From Scenedesmus sp. PABB004 (Eukaryota): DNA of 64,000 nt. Under the pieces are notes generated by a model. It was given only the letters and a program-made list of their open reading frames with translations, did no database searches and was not told the DNA's origin. Location of the stretch: contig JABVCE010000021.1 of NCBI GenBank assembly GCA_014905635.1, positions 62,001 through 126,000 of the forward strand, read 5' to 3'. This document shows positions 11,867-25,533 of this stretch, piece by piece (position 1 is the stretch's first letter; every line of letters begins with the position of its first letter). The position numbers were made by a program, and so were the translations under genes.

Positions 11867-14800
11867 TCACCGCTCCACCACCACCGCGTCAGCCTCCACC
11901 ACCACCACCCCGCCGCCACCGCCCTGCTCGGAGGGCGGCGGCGTGTAGGGCAGCAGCCGCTGCGCCGGCCGGCCCGCCTGGCGCGCGCGCCCGGGCGCGC
12001 CGCCGCCGCTCTCGAGCGGCTGCTTTGGTGGCGGCAGCACCGCCCGCGCCGCCGCCGCCGCCGCTGGCGTCGGCGCTCCACGCGCCGCCGCGCCCCCCAC
12101 CGCCGGGGCCGCGGCCCCCCGCGCCGTGGGCAGCGCGCCCGGGCCGATCACGGCGCGCAGCAGGCGCGCCGCGCCGCGGCTCGCGGCCTTCAGGACCACG
12201 TTGGCCGGGATCGCCAGCGCCTCGCGCCGCGCCTCGGCGCTCAGCAGCGACAGCTCGCGCAGCAGCCACTCGAGCACCCTCGCCGCGTCCGCCGCGCGCT
12301 CGAGCGCCGCGGCCTGGCCTGGCGGCAGCGCCGCGCCGGGCGCCGCCTGCGCGCCGGGCGCCGTGCGCGCGCCGCACGCCGCGCTGCTGAACGCCGCGAG
12401 CTGGCTGGCGAGGCGCGCGAGGCCCTCGACCTGCTCCACGTCCTCCGCGCCCGCCAGGCGCGGCACGTCGCGCAGCGCGTCAAGCACCGAGCCGCCGCCG
12501 CCGCCCCCGGCGGCGCCGCGAGGCCGGGCAGCGCCGACGCGGCGCCGCGCAGGCGCGCCGCCGCGCCCTGCAGGCCGTCGTCGGCCGCGAGGCGCGTCGC
12601 CGCGTCGAGGCCCTTGGCCAGCTCGTCCTCCAGCAGCCCCTCACGAAGCGGCCCTCAGGCGACAGCAGCAGCGCGAGCGGCCCGCCGCCCGCCGCGGCGG
12701 CGCTGCCGCGGCCGCCGGGCGTGGACCCGGGCCCGAGCAGCAGCGCGTTCGCGGCGCTGGCCAGGCCGGGTGCGATTTCGCCCAGCAGCTGCCCCGCGGG
12801 GCCGGCCGCCGCCGCCGACGCCGCCGCCGCCGCCGACGCCGCCGCGGCGACCGGCCCCGGCGTCGCGCGCCCGCCGGCCAGCGGCGCCGGCGCCGGCGGG
12901 GCCGGCAGCGCCGGCGGCGGCGGCGGCGGCGGCGGGGGCACGGCTGCGGCGGCTGCGTTTTCGAGGAGCGACTCGAGTCGGTCAAATTGGAACCGCCCGT
13001 CCGAGGCGTACAGCAGGTTGGCCAGCGCCGCGTGCAGCTCGGGGCTGGACTGCGTCAGCAGCCGCCGCGCGACCCAGGGGTAGGCCGCGCCCAGCACCTG
13101 GCGGGCGCGGTGCGCGGCGCGGTGCGAGGCTCGCCGCGCGGCGCGCCTGTACGTGCCCCACGCGCGCGCAGCGCCCCACGCGCGCGCGCGAGGTGCCGGC
13201 CGGCTGGCGGCGCACCTTGTAGTTGGGGTCTGCCGCGAGGGCGATGCCTTCGAGCATGCTCAGGCTGCGCACCTGTGTGTGTGTGTGTGGGGGGGGGGGG
13301 GGGCAGGGCACAGCGGTCAGGGCGCTGCAGGGCGCTGCAGGGCGCGCGGGGCTCACGGCCGCGCCCCGCCGCACGTGCCCCGCCGCGCGCGCGCCGCCGC
13401 GCGCGCCGCACCAGCAGCGTGTAGTAGGGGGGCAGGCGAAAGGCGTAGCGGTACATGGTCCGCCCCAGGTCGGCGCTCAGGCGGCCAAAGCTGAGCTGCG
13501 CGACGCCGCCGGAGAGCGCAGACTGGAACACGCCTGCGCGGGGCGGCGCGGGGGCGGGCGGCGCGGCACGCGTCGCGCGCGTTGCGCGCGCGTGGAAGGG
13601 CGCGCGGCGGGGCGGCGCGGGCGGGCGCGCGGCGATGCGGCGGCGCGGCGCCAGCGCCAGCGCACCCGTGAGCGCCGGCAGCACCTCGGCGGTGGAGGTG
13701 CCGGGCGGCAGGAAGCCGAGGGCCACAAAGTCGTCCGCCAGGTCGGCGTACCTTCGGTTAACGATATGCAGCGTCGCGCGCATAAGCGCCGACCGCACGC
13801 CCGGCTCGAGCGTGCCGCAGTTGCCAAAGTCCAGGAACGCCAGGCGCCCGTCCGGCGTGCGCAGGAGGTTGCCGCTGCGCGGCAACGCGGCGGCAGCGAC
13901 GCGGGCGCGGCGGCGGCGGCGGCGGGCGGGGTGGCGTCGGCCGGGCGCGGCGGCGGCGCGGAGCGGAGCGCCCCCCTCTGCCGCCCCACCCACCACACGC
14001 ACGCCCACACACGCACCACACGCCCGCACACGCACACGCGCGTCCCGTGCCGCGCCGCCACGCGCCGCGCGCGCCGCGCCTGTGGGGGTCAGCGTGGTAA
14101 AACCCCTCCTCCAGGATCTGCTCCAGGCTGCACCGCACGCCCACCTCCACCAGGCGCAGGTCCTCCGCCGCGCCCGCGGCTGAGCCGCCGCCCGCCGGCG
14201 CGTCCGCCGCCGCCTCGGCCGCGCTGCGCAGGCGCGTGCCGTCGATCCACTGCGCCGCGGCAGCAGCGCCGCGGCGCGTGGGCACCGGCCGCGCCCGCGC
14301 CCGCGCCCGCGGCGCGGCGCGGCGCCGGCGCGCTGCTGCCGTGGCCTGCGGCGGCGGCGCCGCACCTCCATGACCAGCACGCGGCGCGTCGTCAGCTCTG
14401 TGGGCGCGCGGGCGCGGGTGCGGGTGCGGGGCCGGCGGCCGGCGGCAGCGCGCCGCGGCGCTGCGCGGCGCCCGCCCGGCGCGGCGCGCGCGCGGGGGCG
14501 CGGGGGCGCGGGGGCGTGGGGGCGTGGGGGCGTGGGGGCGTGGGGGCGTGGGGGCGGCGCACCTGTGTGCATCGCAGGCACGACCACCTCTGGCATGAAG
14601 GCGTAGAGGGAGGCGAAGCGCTGGGCGTTGGCCGCCTCGGTGCGGTAGTCGAGCTCGCGGTGCAGCGACTCGGCCCACTCGTCCACGAGCGCGGGCAGGT
14701 CGGTGTTGAGCCGCAGCCGCGCCCGCGCCGCGCCCGCGAGGCGGCGCAGGATGAAGGTGTCGCGCCCGATCGCCTCGACGACGCCCGGGCGCTGCACCTG

Positions 14801-15741
14801 CGCGCCGCGGCGCCGCGGCGGCGGCGGCGGCGCGGCTCTCGGGCGCGGGGCTGGCGCGGGGGCGGGGCTCGCGGGGGCGCGGGTGGCCCGCGGGGGTGCG
14901 GGTGGCTCGCGCGGGGGGGGGGTGGCCCGCGGGGGCGAGGGTGGCCCGCGGGGGTGGTGGTGGTGGTGGGGCGCGGGGGGGGGGGGGCGCGGGTGGGTGG
15001 TGGGTGGTGGTGGTGGGGGCGCGCGGGGGCGCGCGGGGTGGTGGTGGGTGTGGGGGCGCACCTTGACCGCGACCTCTTCCCCCGTGACCAGGCGGGCGCG
15101 GTAGACCTGGCCCAGGCTCGCCGCCGCGACGGGCCGCGCCGAGAGCGAGGCGAAGACGGACCGCCACGGCCGGCCGAGCTCCTCCTCGATCACCTGCGGC
15201 AGGGGGGGGGGGGGGGTGCAGGGGGGGGGGGGTGCAGGGGCGGCGCGCGGGGTGCGCGGCTTGCTCGCGCGGCGGCGCGCCGGCACCGGCCGGGGCGCCG
15301 CCGCGGCGCGGCCGGGGCCTCGCGCACCCGGCGCGCCTCGTCGTCGCTGAACGGCGGGATGCGGTCCTGCAGCAGCTCCAGCTGCTGCAGGTACAGCGGC
15401 GGCAGCACGTCGGGCCGCGCCGACAGCGCCTGGCCGATCTTCACGAGCGCCGGCCCGAGGCGGACGAGCACCGCGCGCAGCTCCGCCGCCGCGCGCGCCT
15501 CGTCGCGGTGCAGCGCTGCGCGCAGCCACCACCCGCCAAAGGCGGCGCCGATCTCCAGCGCCCGCGCGACTACGGGCACCGGCCGCCGCTCCCACTCGGC
15601 CGCCACCGCCGCGGCGTCGTAGCGCACCGGCGCCGCCGCCGCTGCGGCGCCTGCTGCGCGGCAGCGCGGCGCCGCCTGCCTGCTGCGCAGCCGCGCGCCC
15701 GGCGCCCTGAGCGGCCGTAGCGGGGGGCGCTGCGACAGCAT
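11867..15741 (-). CDS. ABC1/UbiB atypical kinase (ABC1K), likely plastid-targeted
   Basis: Motifs LGPALVKIGQALSARPD, AAASLGQVY, VAVKVQRP, FYHADPH-GN, LDFG, FRLPPYYTLLVRSL..LEG across about 10 exons; one homopolymer frameshift near 12637. Confidence 0.93.
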
Positions 15742-17516
15742 GGCGCGCCCTGGGCAACGTCCGCCGCGCCGCCGCGTGTGGCCGCACCGCTGCCGCTCGC
15801 GCCGCCGCTCGCGCCGCGCGGCTCCTCCTGCTCTGCGCGGCTCCTCGTGCACGCTCGTGAGTCCCCGCGCACGCTTGTGAGTCCCGGGGAGCACCGAGCG
15901 CGCCGCGCGCGGCGCGGCGGGGGCCGCAGCGCTGCCGCTGCTGACGACCGGCCGCCGGCGGAGCGCGCGGGCGCCGCAGCTCTCTTGCTGAGGTGTGGGG
16001 CAGCGGCGCCCGGCGGGGTGTGCGCGGCGGGGTTCGTGCCGCAGCCGGGGTTCATAGCGCTTTTACTCAGCAGAGCTCAGCTGCTGGTGCCGCCAAATGC
16101 GTCCGTTGCGCTCCGCCTCACTCGTGGCTGCACCCTCCCCGCATATTAATGCATAACGCGTGCTGCGTTCGTGTGTGGTGGCCCCTCGTCGCGCACACAC
16201 ACGCACCGATGACAGCGTCCGTCGCCCGCGACCCACGCCTCCCCGCGCCCCGCACAAGCGTTTCTTACCTCGGCCCCACAATGAGCCTGCCCCCCCCCCC
16301 CCAAACCGCGCCCGTCGCACCGACTCCCACCAACATCACTTGCGGCGTGAGTGCAGCGCTGCGATCGACGCCAACTCGCCCAACAACGATGACAACAACA
16401 ACAACAACAACAACGGCGGCGGCAATGCAGCGGCGGCAACGGAGTCCCCTCACCATGGTGGGCGTGCGTATGCGAGAACTCGAGCCAGTCCAGACCTGCG
16501 CGGAGTCGGCCCCGCACGACCGCAGTCTGCTGACCGGCGGCCAGCCCACCAGCCCACCAGCAACCAGCCCCGCCAGCGCACCCTTGGGCGTGGTCGTCCG
16601 ACCAGACACACACAGAGCCACTTGCCGGCAGAACGCCGGCAGAACGCGCGCACGGAGACACAGATGCAGCTCAAGGCAGTGCACGCGCGAGGCGCTACAG
16701 AGGCGCCACAGCGCCGCACGGGTCGCATGATGAAGCGCTCCCACAACGCGCGGCTGGCTCGAACGAGCGAGCATCGCCGGCCGGGGAGGCGCACGCAAGT
16801 GTGTAGCGGAGAGGCTGAACAGCCACAGCCGTCGATCAATCCGTCGCAGCGCCGGCGAGCCGCCGTCGGCGAGCCGGCACCGGTGAGCTGAGCAGCAGCA
16901 CAACACGGGACAGTGCAAGCCGCGCATCTGCCGCGACAAAGGGAGGGGGCTCACGCGCCGCGCCGCGCCAGCCAGCGACGACGATGCAGGCGCGCGAGTG
17001 CGGGCCTGGTGCAGGCAGCTGCTAGCCAGCAGGCTGCCAACGAATGCCAAGAAGGGATGCCAAGAAGGAATGCCAAGAAATGACAGCGCTCCAGCGCCGC
17101 CCGAGCGTACGCTCCGGCGGCGCCGCCGCCGGAGCACTTCGCGTCCGGGCCAGCTGCACTCTGCATTGCCGCACTGAAGCGCCTAAATCCAAAAGGAAGG
17201 CTGAAAGAGAAGCGCGCAACGTACGCTCATGGCGTGCGCGCTTGGAATGCAGTGCATCCTTTCTCTCCAGTGCCTCGGGCGTGATGTGTTGAATGCCTAA
17301 CAGCAAGCAAGAAGTGGCCGTCTCAGCGTGGCCGTCTCAGACGTCGCAAGGTGCAGAGCGGGGCGCTCGGGGCAGCACGCAGCGCGGCCATCGGGCGCCG
17401 GCAAAGCGTCAGTGGCGCAAGGCGCGCTAGCAGAGCGCAAAGCACATCCCAAAGCGCGCTGCGCAGCTCGGCAGCGGCCGCCGGGCTCGGACCGGACCGC
17501 GCACGCGCGCGCGCGC

Positions 17517-18452
17517 TCAGCGCTCAGCACGCCGCCCCGCAGCTCGACATGCAGCTGCTGCATGTGTCGGCCAGGTCCTCATCCTCCTCCTCCTCCGCAG
17601 CGCGCGCCGCGAGCACAGCGCGCAGCTGCGCCAGCGCCAGGCGCCTGGCCGCCGAGAGGGCCGCGATGGTCGCGGCGAGGCCGGCCTCCGCCTCGGCCAG
17701 CGCGCCGTCGACGGCGGCGGGGGGTCGCCGCGGGCGAGCGCCTCGCCCGCCTCGCCGAGCGCCGCCAGCCCGCCTGCCAGCGCGGCGCCGGTGCCGTCCA
17801 GCGCCACCGCCAGCGCACCGTGGGGCTGCTCGTGCGCGGCCACGGCCGCGGCCGCGGCCGCCGCGCGCGCGCGGCGCGCCCGCAGCTCGATCAGCAGCGC
17901 CAGCATCTGCGCGCGCTTGGCCTCACCGCCGCCGTCGTCGCCGCGGCGGGCCGCCTTGCTGCTGGGGCGCTCGCCAACATCGGCGGGGCTGGCGTCGCTG
18001 CAGCGCGGTCGCTTCTTGTCGAGCGGCCGCGTCACCTGCGAGGTGGGGCGGCAGCAGCGGCGGCGGTGACCGGCCCGCCCTCCGGCCCGCCCGGGCCCTG
18101 GCGGCGCGCTGGGTCTCGGCGCGGGGCCGCGGGCCCTCTCGCAGCCGCGCGGGCGCGCACCTGGGGCGTGCTGCAGTCGAGCGCGAGCCCCGCCGCCAGG
18201 AAGCCGCCGGCGGGCGTGCCTGGCCAACCAGGGTGGAGCGGACGCGCGGGGCGGTCGGGGGCGGGTCCGGCAGGCGGAGCGGGCGCGTTGAGAGGCGCGA
18301 CGATGGCTCAGCACCCGCCCCCCACCCCCCCCGCGGCCCCGGGCGGCCGGCGCCGCGCGCCGTGCGGCGCCGAGGGCAACGTTCAAAGCTGATCAGCACG
18401 TCGAGCGAGGGCGCGCGCCCCCGGGGCCGGCGGGCGCCTCACCTCGGCACAT
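17517..18452 (-). CDS. Hypothetical protein with coiled-coil and basic KKRPR motif
   Basis: Protein-like segments VTRPLDKKRPRCSD, EAKRAQMLALLIELRARR and (after a G-run frameshift at ~17720) LAEAEAGLAATIAAL...EEEEDEDLADTCSSC. The 5' exon structure is uncertain. Confidence 0.45.
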
Positions 18453-19521
18453 CTTTGGTCGTTTCGCTACGTGCGGCCGCTTCCGTGCTCAGCAGACGCT
18501 GTGCTGCGCCTCTCTTTGCGGTAGTTAGTTCCTAGCGCGCGACTGGCCGGCGGACGGGGCCGCGGCGCGCGGCATGGCGTTGCCGGTCGCGGTCCGCCTC
18601 CTCACTCGCCCCCCTGCCTTCCCTTCTCTCTTCGTGGTGAATCACCTATCAAACGGCGCGCGCCGCGCTGTGTTTCCGCGCTCGCCCCCCTCGCGCGCGC
18701 TCGCGGTGGGCTGCGGGACGCGCTGCCGGCGGCGGCGGCTGCGCGAGACGGCGCAGCGCTGGTTACGCGGCGCGCACTTCCCCGGTCCCAGCTCCCAGTG
18801 CCGGCCTTTCCGTGTGCAAGTGCGGGGGCGCCGGCGTCAGCGCTCAGACCGACCGACAGTGGTGGGCGGTCGCGGGCGCGGCGGGCACGCGCGCAAAGGA
18901 ATGAAGTCGGTGCCTCAACACAAAAAGCGCATGCATGCCCGCGGGGTTTGTTTTCGCGCCCGCACACAGCGCCAGGGGGGTTTGCGGCGCCGTACTCACA
19001 CTCTCGCGCCACGGCGCGGCGCGCCGTTCTCAGGCAGGCACGCTTGGGGTTGGTTGAGCCCCCCGCGGCGATGGGATGTCGCATGCCCCCAGCAGCACGC
19101 AGCCTAACCACGCAGAGTCGTGACGACGCGCAGCGCGCGCCGGGTCACAAAGCGAGCCGGCCGCCGCACACGCTGCCTGCGGCCGGCGCCGCTGCGCCAC
19201 AGAGGAGCGCACACAGATCACGCGGCTGGCGGCGAGCCCGTTGGGTTTGGTCGGGCGCAAGGCCGGGGGGAGGGCCCGCCGCCGGGCGTCCGCCGTGCTA
19301 TCATCAGGGCTCAGCGCAAGAAAGAATGATGGCCAGTGCGTATAGCAGTCAGTCGCTGCCGCCCTGCCAGCCCAAGGCCTGCGCCGCACCCGCCGCGCGG
19401 GGGCGCGCGCGCGCAATCCCCCGCCCCACCGCAGTGCTGTGGCCGCGGGCCGCGGGCCGCGGGCCGACCGCGCCAGCCCGCGCCAACCATCGTGCGTCCC
19501 CGCCGCGGGCGCCCCGCCTCA

Positions 19522-22500
19522 TCAGCCGCTGCTGGGCGGCGCGGCGCTGCTGTACGCCGCCGCCGCCGCCTGCGCCGCCGCCTGCAGGCGCTGCTGCGCC
19601 GCCGCGCCGGCGTACGTAGAGGCATTCCCGTAGCCGCCGCCGCCGTTGAGCGGCGCGAGACCAAAGTGGTGCTGCTGCTGCTGGTGGAACTGCTGCTGAG
19701 CCGCCGCCGCCGCGGCCGCGGCGGCGCGCTGCTGGCCGGCGAGCAGCCCCGCGGCCGCCGAGTAGCCGCCGTACTGCAGCAGGTGGCGCTGGTGCGCCGC
19801 GAGCAGCGCCTGCTGCTGTGCCAGCGACAGCTGGCCGGCCTCGCCGCCGTAGCTGCCGAACGAAGGGCTGCGCGCGTGGCCGCTGCCGCCCGCGTCGCCG
19901 CCGCCGCCGCCCGCCGCGTGCGCCGCGGCCGCGGCCGCCGCCGCCTGCGCCTGCGCGACGGCCATGTCGTACTGCGCCGCGGCGCTGCTGGCGCAGCCGG
20001 CGGCGGTGAACGTCTTGCTGCGCGCCGGCGCGCGCCGCGCCGCGCCGCCGCCGTAGCCCGCCGCCGCGGCGGCGGCCTGCAGCAGCGCCGCCTGCTGCGC
20101 AGCGCTGGCGGCGAGGCCGGCGCCGGCGCCGGCGCCGAAGTGCGCGCTGCCGACCGTGCCGGTGCCGACCACCGACTCGCCGCCAAAGCCGACCTGCTGG
20201 AACTCGTACACCGACCCCGACGCCGCGGCGGCCTGCAGCTGCTGCTGGTACGCGGCCGCCTGGTCCGCCGCCGCCGCCGCGGCCTGCGCCTGCTGCGCCT
20301 GCGCCGCGTGCGCCGCGGCCATGGCCTGCGCCGCGTGCGCGGCGATGTCCTCCGACGTGGAGCGCCTGCGCGCGCTGCCCTGCGGGTGCTGCCGCGCCGC
20401 CTGCTGCTGCAGCAGCTGCGCCTGCTGCTGCTGCCACTGCAGCACCTGCGCCGCCTGGAGCTGCTGCTGCACCTGCTGCTGCGTCCCGCCGGGCGTGCAG
20501 CGGCCGCTGTCGGAGCCGCCGGCGCTGCTCGCGCGGCCCGACGGCGGCGCGCCGTGCGCCTTCCACGCCGCCGCCGCCTGGGCGATGGCCGCCGCCGCCG
20601 CGGCGGCCGCGTCGCTGGTCGCCACGCGGGGGCCGGCCGCGGGGGGCAGGCCCGACCGCGCGCCGCCGCCGCGCGCGCCGCCGAGCTGCTGGCCCGCGCC
20701 GAGGCCGTCCGCGCGGCCGCCCCAGGCCTCCGAGCCGGTCAGGCTGCAGCTCGCCGCCGCCGCCACCTCGCTCTCCTCCGCCTGGTGCAGCATGGCCTGC
20801 GCGTGGCGGCGCGTCGGCGCGTCAGCGCGGGCGGGCGCGGGCGCGCCGTCGGCGTCGCCGGCGGCGGCGGCCGCGCGCGCGCGCGCGCTCGTGCGGTCGC
20901 GTCGGCGGGCGCGGCGCGGGCGGGCGGGCGCACCTGCAGGCGCGCGATCGCCTCCTGGAACGTCGGCCGCGCGCCCGCGGTCGCGTGCCAGCAGCTCGCG
21001 GCGAGCTGCGCGTAGCCGGGGGGCGTGCCGACGGGGAAGCTCGGGCGCAGGCCGCGCAGCACGACCTCCTCGACCACCTTTTGCTGGCTCATGTTGCCGT
21101 AGGGGCGCTGCCCGACAAAGAGCTCCCACATCATCACGCCAAACGCGTACACGTCGACGCTCGCGTTCACCTAGAGGGCGCGGCGCGCGGCGCGCGGGGG
21201 AGGGAGGCCGTGGGCGCGCAGCCGCGCGCAGCGGGGCGGGCGGGGCGGGCGGCGCGCGAGTGCCGCCGCGGTGGCGCCAGCGCGCCCGTGCGCGGCGGGG
21301 GGTCCCTCCACCTTCTTGGTCGTGATGAGCGCCTCGGGCGCGACGTACGCGGCGGTGCCGCAGCTGTTGAACGGGAACGTCGCGCACGTGTCGTCGTCCT
21401 CCACGCGGCTCAGCCCAAAGTCGCTCACCTGCGCGCCCGCGTCGGCGGCGGTGAGCGGCGCGGCCGCGGCGGGCGCGGGCGCGGGCGCGGGCGCGCGGCC
21501 GCGGGCGGGCGCCGGCCGGCCGGCCGGCCAGCAGTGGGCGTGGTCACCTTTGCGCTGAAGCCGCGCACGTCGGCGTTGCTCGACTTGAGCAGCACGTTTG
21601 CGGGCTTGAGGTCGCAGTGCACCACGCCCATGCGGTGCAGGTAGGCCATGCCCTCCGCGACCTCGAGCAGCGTCAGCAGCAGCCAGCGCATGTTGACGCG
21701 CAGCCGCCCGCCGCCGACGCTGCCGCCCGACGCGGCCGGCACGGCCACGCCGCCGGGCGCGCCCGGCAGCGGCGGCGACACCGCGTGCGCGGTGCTGCAG
21801 GAGATGACGCTGCTGCCGCCGTCGGTCGTGCACGAGCCGTCGTCGGCGCTGTCGTACGAGCCGCCGCCGGCGCCGCCGCTGCTCGCGCGGCTCGCCGCGC
21901 TGCGCCGGCTGCGCGGCGCCGCGGGCGGGGGCAGGCTGAAGATCTGGCTGCGGATCGCCGAGGTGAGGTTGCCCAGGTCGCAGTACTCGACGACCTCGAT
22001 GTGGCACGTCGCGTCGTCAGCGGGCGGGCCGCCGCCGTGCTGCCCGCCGCCGCCGCCGCCGCGCGACGACCCGAGCCCGCACGCCGCGAGCGCCGTGACG
22101 AGCTCGCCGCGCTGCTGCCGCGGCGCTTGCCTGCGCGACGGCGGGGGCGGCCGCGCGCGCGCGCGCGCGCGTGAGCGCGCGCCCTGTGTGCTGCGCGCCG
22201 CGCGCCTCCCTGCCTCCCTGCCCCTGGCCCCCCACACCCCCAGCCGCGCACGCGGCGCCGCACCGCGTGCAGAGCGCGATGACGTCGCGTATGGCGACGT
22301 CGGTCATGCAGAGGTAGGCCTGTATGATGTTGGGGTGGCTGCTGCTGCGCAGGATGGCGATCTCGTGCGCGTTCTTCATCACCGCGCGCTCGTTGCTCGG
22401 GTCGCCCACGCCCACGACCTTGACCGCGACGACGAGGCCCCGGAAGAGCCCCCGGAAGACCTTGGCAAACCCGCCCTCCCCGATCTGCGCGACGAGCTGC

Positions 22501-25374
22501 AGCGCGCCGAGCGCGCCGTCCTCGGGCTCGGCCATGCTCGCGTCGATGCGCTTCTGGTTGAGCTTCTCGGTGATGCCCGTCGCGACGGCGTTGGTGCTGC
22601 TCGCGACCTGCCGCGTCGTGAAGCTGCGCGCGCCGCCGAGGCCCGCCGCGCCCGACATGCTCCCGCCCGCGCTGCACATGCTGCCGCCGAGGCTGCCCGC
22701 CCAGCTCGCGTGCGTGCCGATCGTGCTCCCAAACTCGAGCGCGCCGCCCGCCGCCGCGGCGGCCATGAAGCTGCTGTCGCCCCGCGTCGCGACGGGGCCC
22801 GCCGCGGTGAGGCTGCTGCTCGCGGTCGTCGTCGACAGCGCGTACGGCCCCGTCGGCAGGCTGCCCGCGGTCGTCGCGGGCGTGACGCTCACGGGCGTCA
22901 CGCCGTAGATGCCGCTCGAGTGCCCCGCCGCGCCGCCGCCGTGGCTGCCGCCGCTCTCGCCCGCGCCGTCGCGCGACAGCAGCGCCTCGTGGTTGAGCTG
23001 CTGGATCGCCTGCGCGGCGCGGCGGCGCGCGGCGCGGCGCGCCGGCGTGTCAGCGTGTCGGCGCGTCGGCGCGGGCGCGTCGGCGCCGGCCTCCTGAGCC
23101 CGGGCGGCGCCGGCGGCGCCCCCCGCAGCGGCGGCGGCGGTGGCGGCGGCGCACCATGTACTCAGCGGCGAGGGGCCCCGAGAGCGCGCGGTTGAGGCCG
23201 CCGCCGAGCAGCTCCGCGACCTCCTTGAGCTGCTTCGCGACCTCGCTGAACTCGGTGTGGCTGTCGGCGAGGCAGTAGAGCGCGCCGTAGATGCCTGGGC
23301 AGGGCGGGAGAGGGGGGGGGGGGGCATGGCGCGGGTCGGCGCGGCGCAGGAGCGGCGGCGCGCGCAGGCGCGGCGCGGGGCCCGCCCCGCGCGCGGCGCG
23401 GCGCGGCGCGCACCGACGCCGCTCGCGCGCAGGGGGAGCAGCAGCACGCTGCTCGGCGGGCGCAGGAGGCGCGAGGCGAAGAGGTCTGTGTTGACGTTGC
23501 CGAGCTGGTTGATGAGCTTCTGCACGTCGGGGATGAGGACCTGCTTCTTGTTGGTGAGCGCGATGCGGAGGATGGTGTTCTTCATGGGGATGTTGGTCCG
23601 CACCAGCCCGCCCGCGGCCTGGATGCTCGCGACCCACTGCGCGCTGCCGCCGCTGTGCCCGCTCGCGCTGCGCTTGCTCGCGCGCGCCACGCCCGCCTGC
23701 GCGCGCGCGGGAGGGCGGGGGCGGGCGGGCGGGTGAGTCACGGGCTGACTCGTCACCACCGGCGCGGCCCGCGCCGCGCGCCGCGTGCCGCGCGCGCGCC
23801 GCCCTGGCGCCGCGCGCGACGCGCGCGCGCCCCTCAGCCGCGCCCTGCCCCTCCCCCGCGGCCCCTCCCCGCCCGCCCCGCGCCGCGCCGCAGCCCGCGC
23901 CGCGCGCGCGCGCCTGGCCAAGGTCGTCGAAGAGCGCAGCCGCGCTCTTGTCGCCGCTGATGAGCGCGAGGCGCAGCCACGTGTGGCTCCCGCCGCCGCC
24001 GGGCGCGCCGCCGAGGCCGGCGAGGCGCGTGAGCGCCGCGCGCGACCCCGACAGCGCGGCGCTCATGATGGCGTCGACGCTGCCCGCGGCCGCGAGGTCG
24101 CGCGCGAGCAGCACGTACGCGTTGAGCCCGGGGTCCCGCACGACCGCGGTCAGCGTCGCGCTCACGAGGCTGAGGTAGGTGCCAAACAGGTGCGGCCCGA
24201 CCGCGCCGACGTCGAGGCAGGGCGCGCGCTTGAAGCCCAGGTTCAGCACGCCCAGCAGCGACTCGGGGCCGCCCCGGATGGGCATGCCGTGCATGTGCCG
24301 GATGCCCGCGCCCGCGAGCCCCGCCCAGTCGGCCGGCGGCGGGCCGCCGTCGTCGGCCGACCAGCTGAGCGCCGCGCCCGCGCCGGAGCTGCCGCTGTCG
24401 GCGCTGCTGCCCGGCAGCGGGCGCAGCAGGCGCTCGACGCTGCTGCCGCTGCCGCCGACCGGCGTGACGACGTTTGGCAGCGTCAGCGCCTCGTGGCTGC
24501 TGCCCACGCAGCCCATCACCAGGAACGACGCCTGGTCGGCCGACACCACAGACATGCTGCGGCGGCGGCGGCGGCGGCAGCGCGTGGGCGCGGGGGCGCG
24601 GGGCCGCGTGGTGTGTGCGCGCGCGCGCGCACCGCCGCCGCAGCCGCCCCGGCAGGCCCGGCACCGCCGGCGCCGCCGCGGCGCGCCACGCCGGGCCCCG
24701 CCGCGCCCTGCAGCGGCCGCCGCGCGCCCGCGCCCGGGGGCGCGCCGCACCTGGCGTAACTCGCGTGGCAGTCGGTGGCCACAAGCTGCAGCGCCTTCTT
24801 CAGCGCGTGCACCGGCGCCTCCCGCTCCGCGCTGCCCTCGGCGAAGCGCTCGATGAGCTCGCTGACCTGCGCGCGCAGCGGCGGCGGCGGCGCGGCCGCG
24901 TGGGCGGCGGCGGGGCGGCGCGGGCGCGCGCGCGCGAGCAGCGGCCGCGCTCCGGGCGCCGCCGCGGGTGCCGGCGCGCCCCGCCCGCGCTGCGGCGCCG
25001 CGGGGCGTCGCTCGGGGCCCGAGGCCGCCATCGTGGCCGCCGGACGACCCCGGGACCGGCGCACGGCGCGGCGGGGGGCCGCGAGGCGCGGGGGCTCCCC
25101 CGGCGCTGCCCCCCACCTTGAGCAGCGTCTGCTGCACCGCGTTGGTCTCCGACTGGTTGAGCTTGCTCCAGCTCTTGCTCAGGTTGTCCCGCAGCGCCGG
25201 CGGCTCCGCCGGGGGCGCCGGCGCGGGGCGGGCATCGCTCGGGACCACCTGCGCCTTGGCCGCCAGGCCGCCGGGCTCGGCCTTGGCCGCGGGAGGGGCC
25301 TCCGCCGGCGCCGGCACGTCCCGGACGACCGCGTCAGCCGGCGCGGGCGCGAAGCAGCAGGAGAACAGGCCCAT
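19522..25374 (-). CDS. Ser/Thr protein kinase (TKL/Raf-like, chlorophyte type) with N-terminal acylation motif and putative GAF-like region
   Basis: Starts MGLFSCCF. Kinase motifs IGEGGFAKV, VAVK, HCDLKPANVLL, SDFG, GTAAYVAPE, DVYAFG, ARPTF all present; Q/A-rich C-tail. Confidence 0.9.
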
Positions 25375-25533
25375 CGCGCCGGCCGGGCGATGCGGCGGTG
25401 TGGGCTCCGCCGGCGCCGCTAGGCCATGACGCGAGAATGCTCTCGCCGGGCGCGCTCGACACCGCAGCCGCGGCGCGCCGGGGGGCTGGGCGCTCGCGGG
25501 GCCGCGCGCTGCTCGCGGGGGCTCCGCGCTGCG

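Noticed and set aside
17035..17081. Short direct repeats as a possible CRISPR-like array
   Set aside because: Units are ~13 bp, contiguous and without unique spacers; a simple minisatellite.
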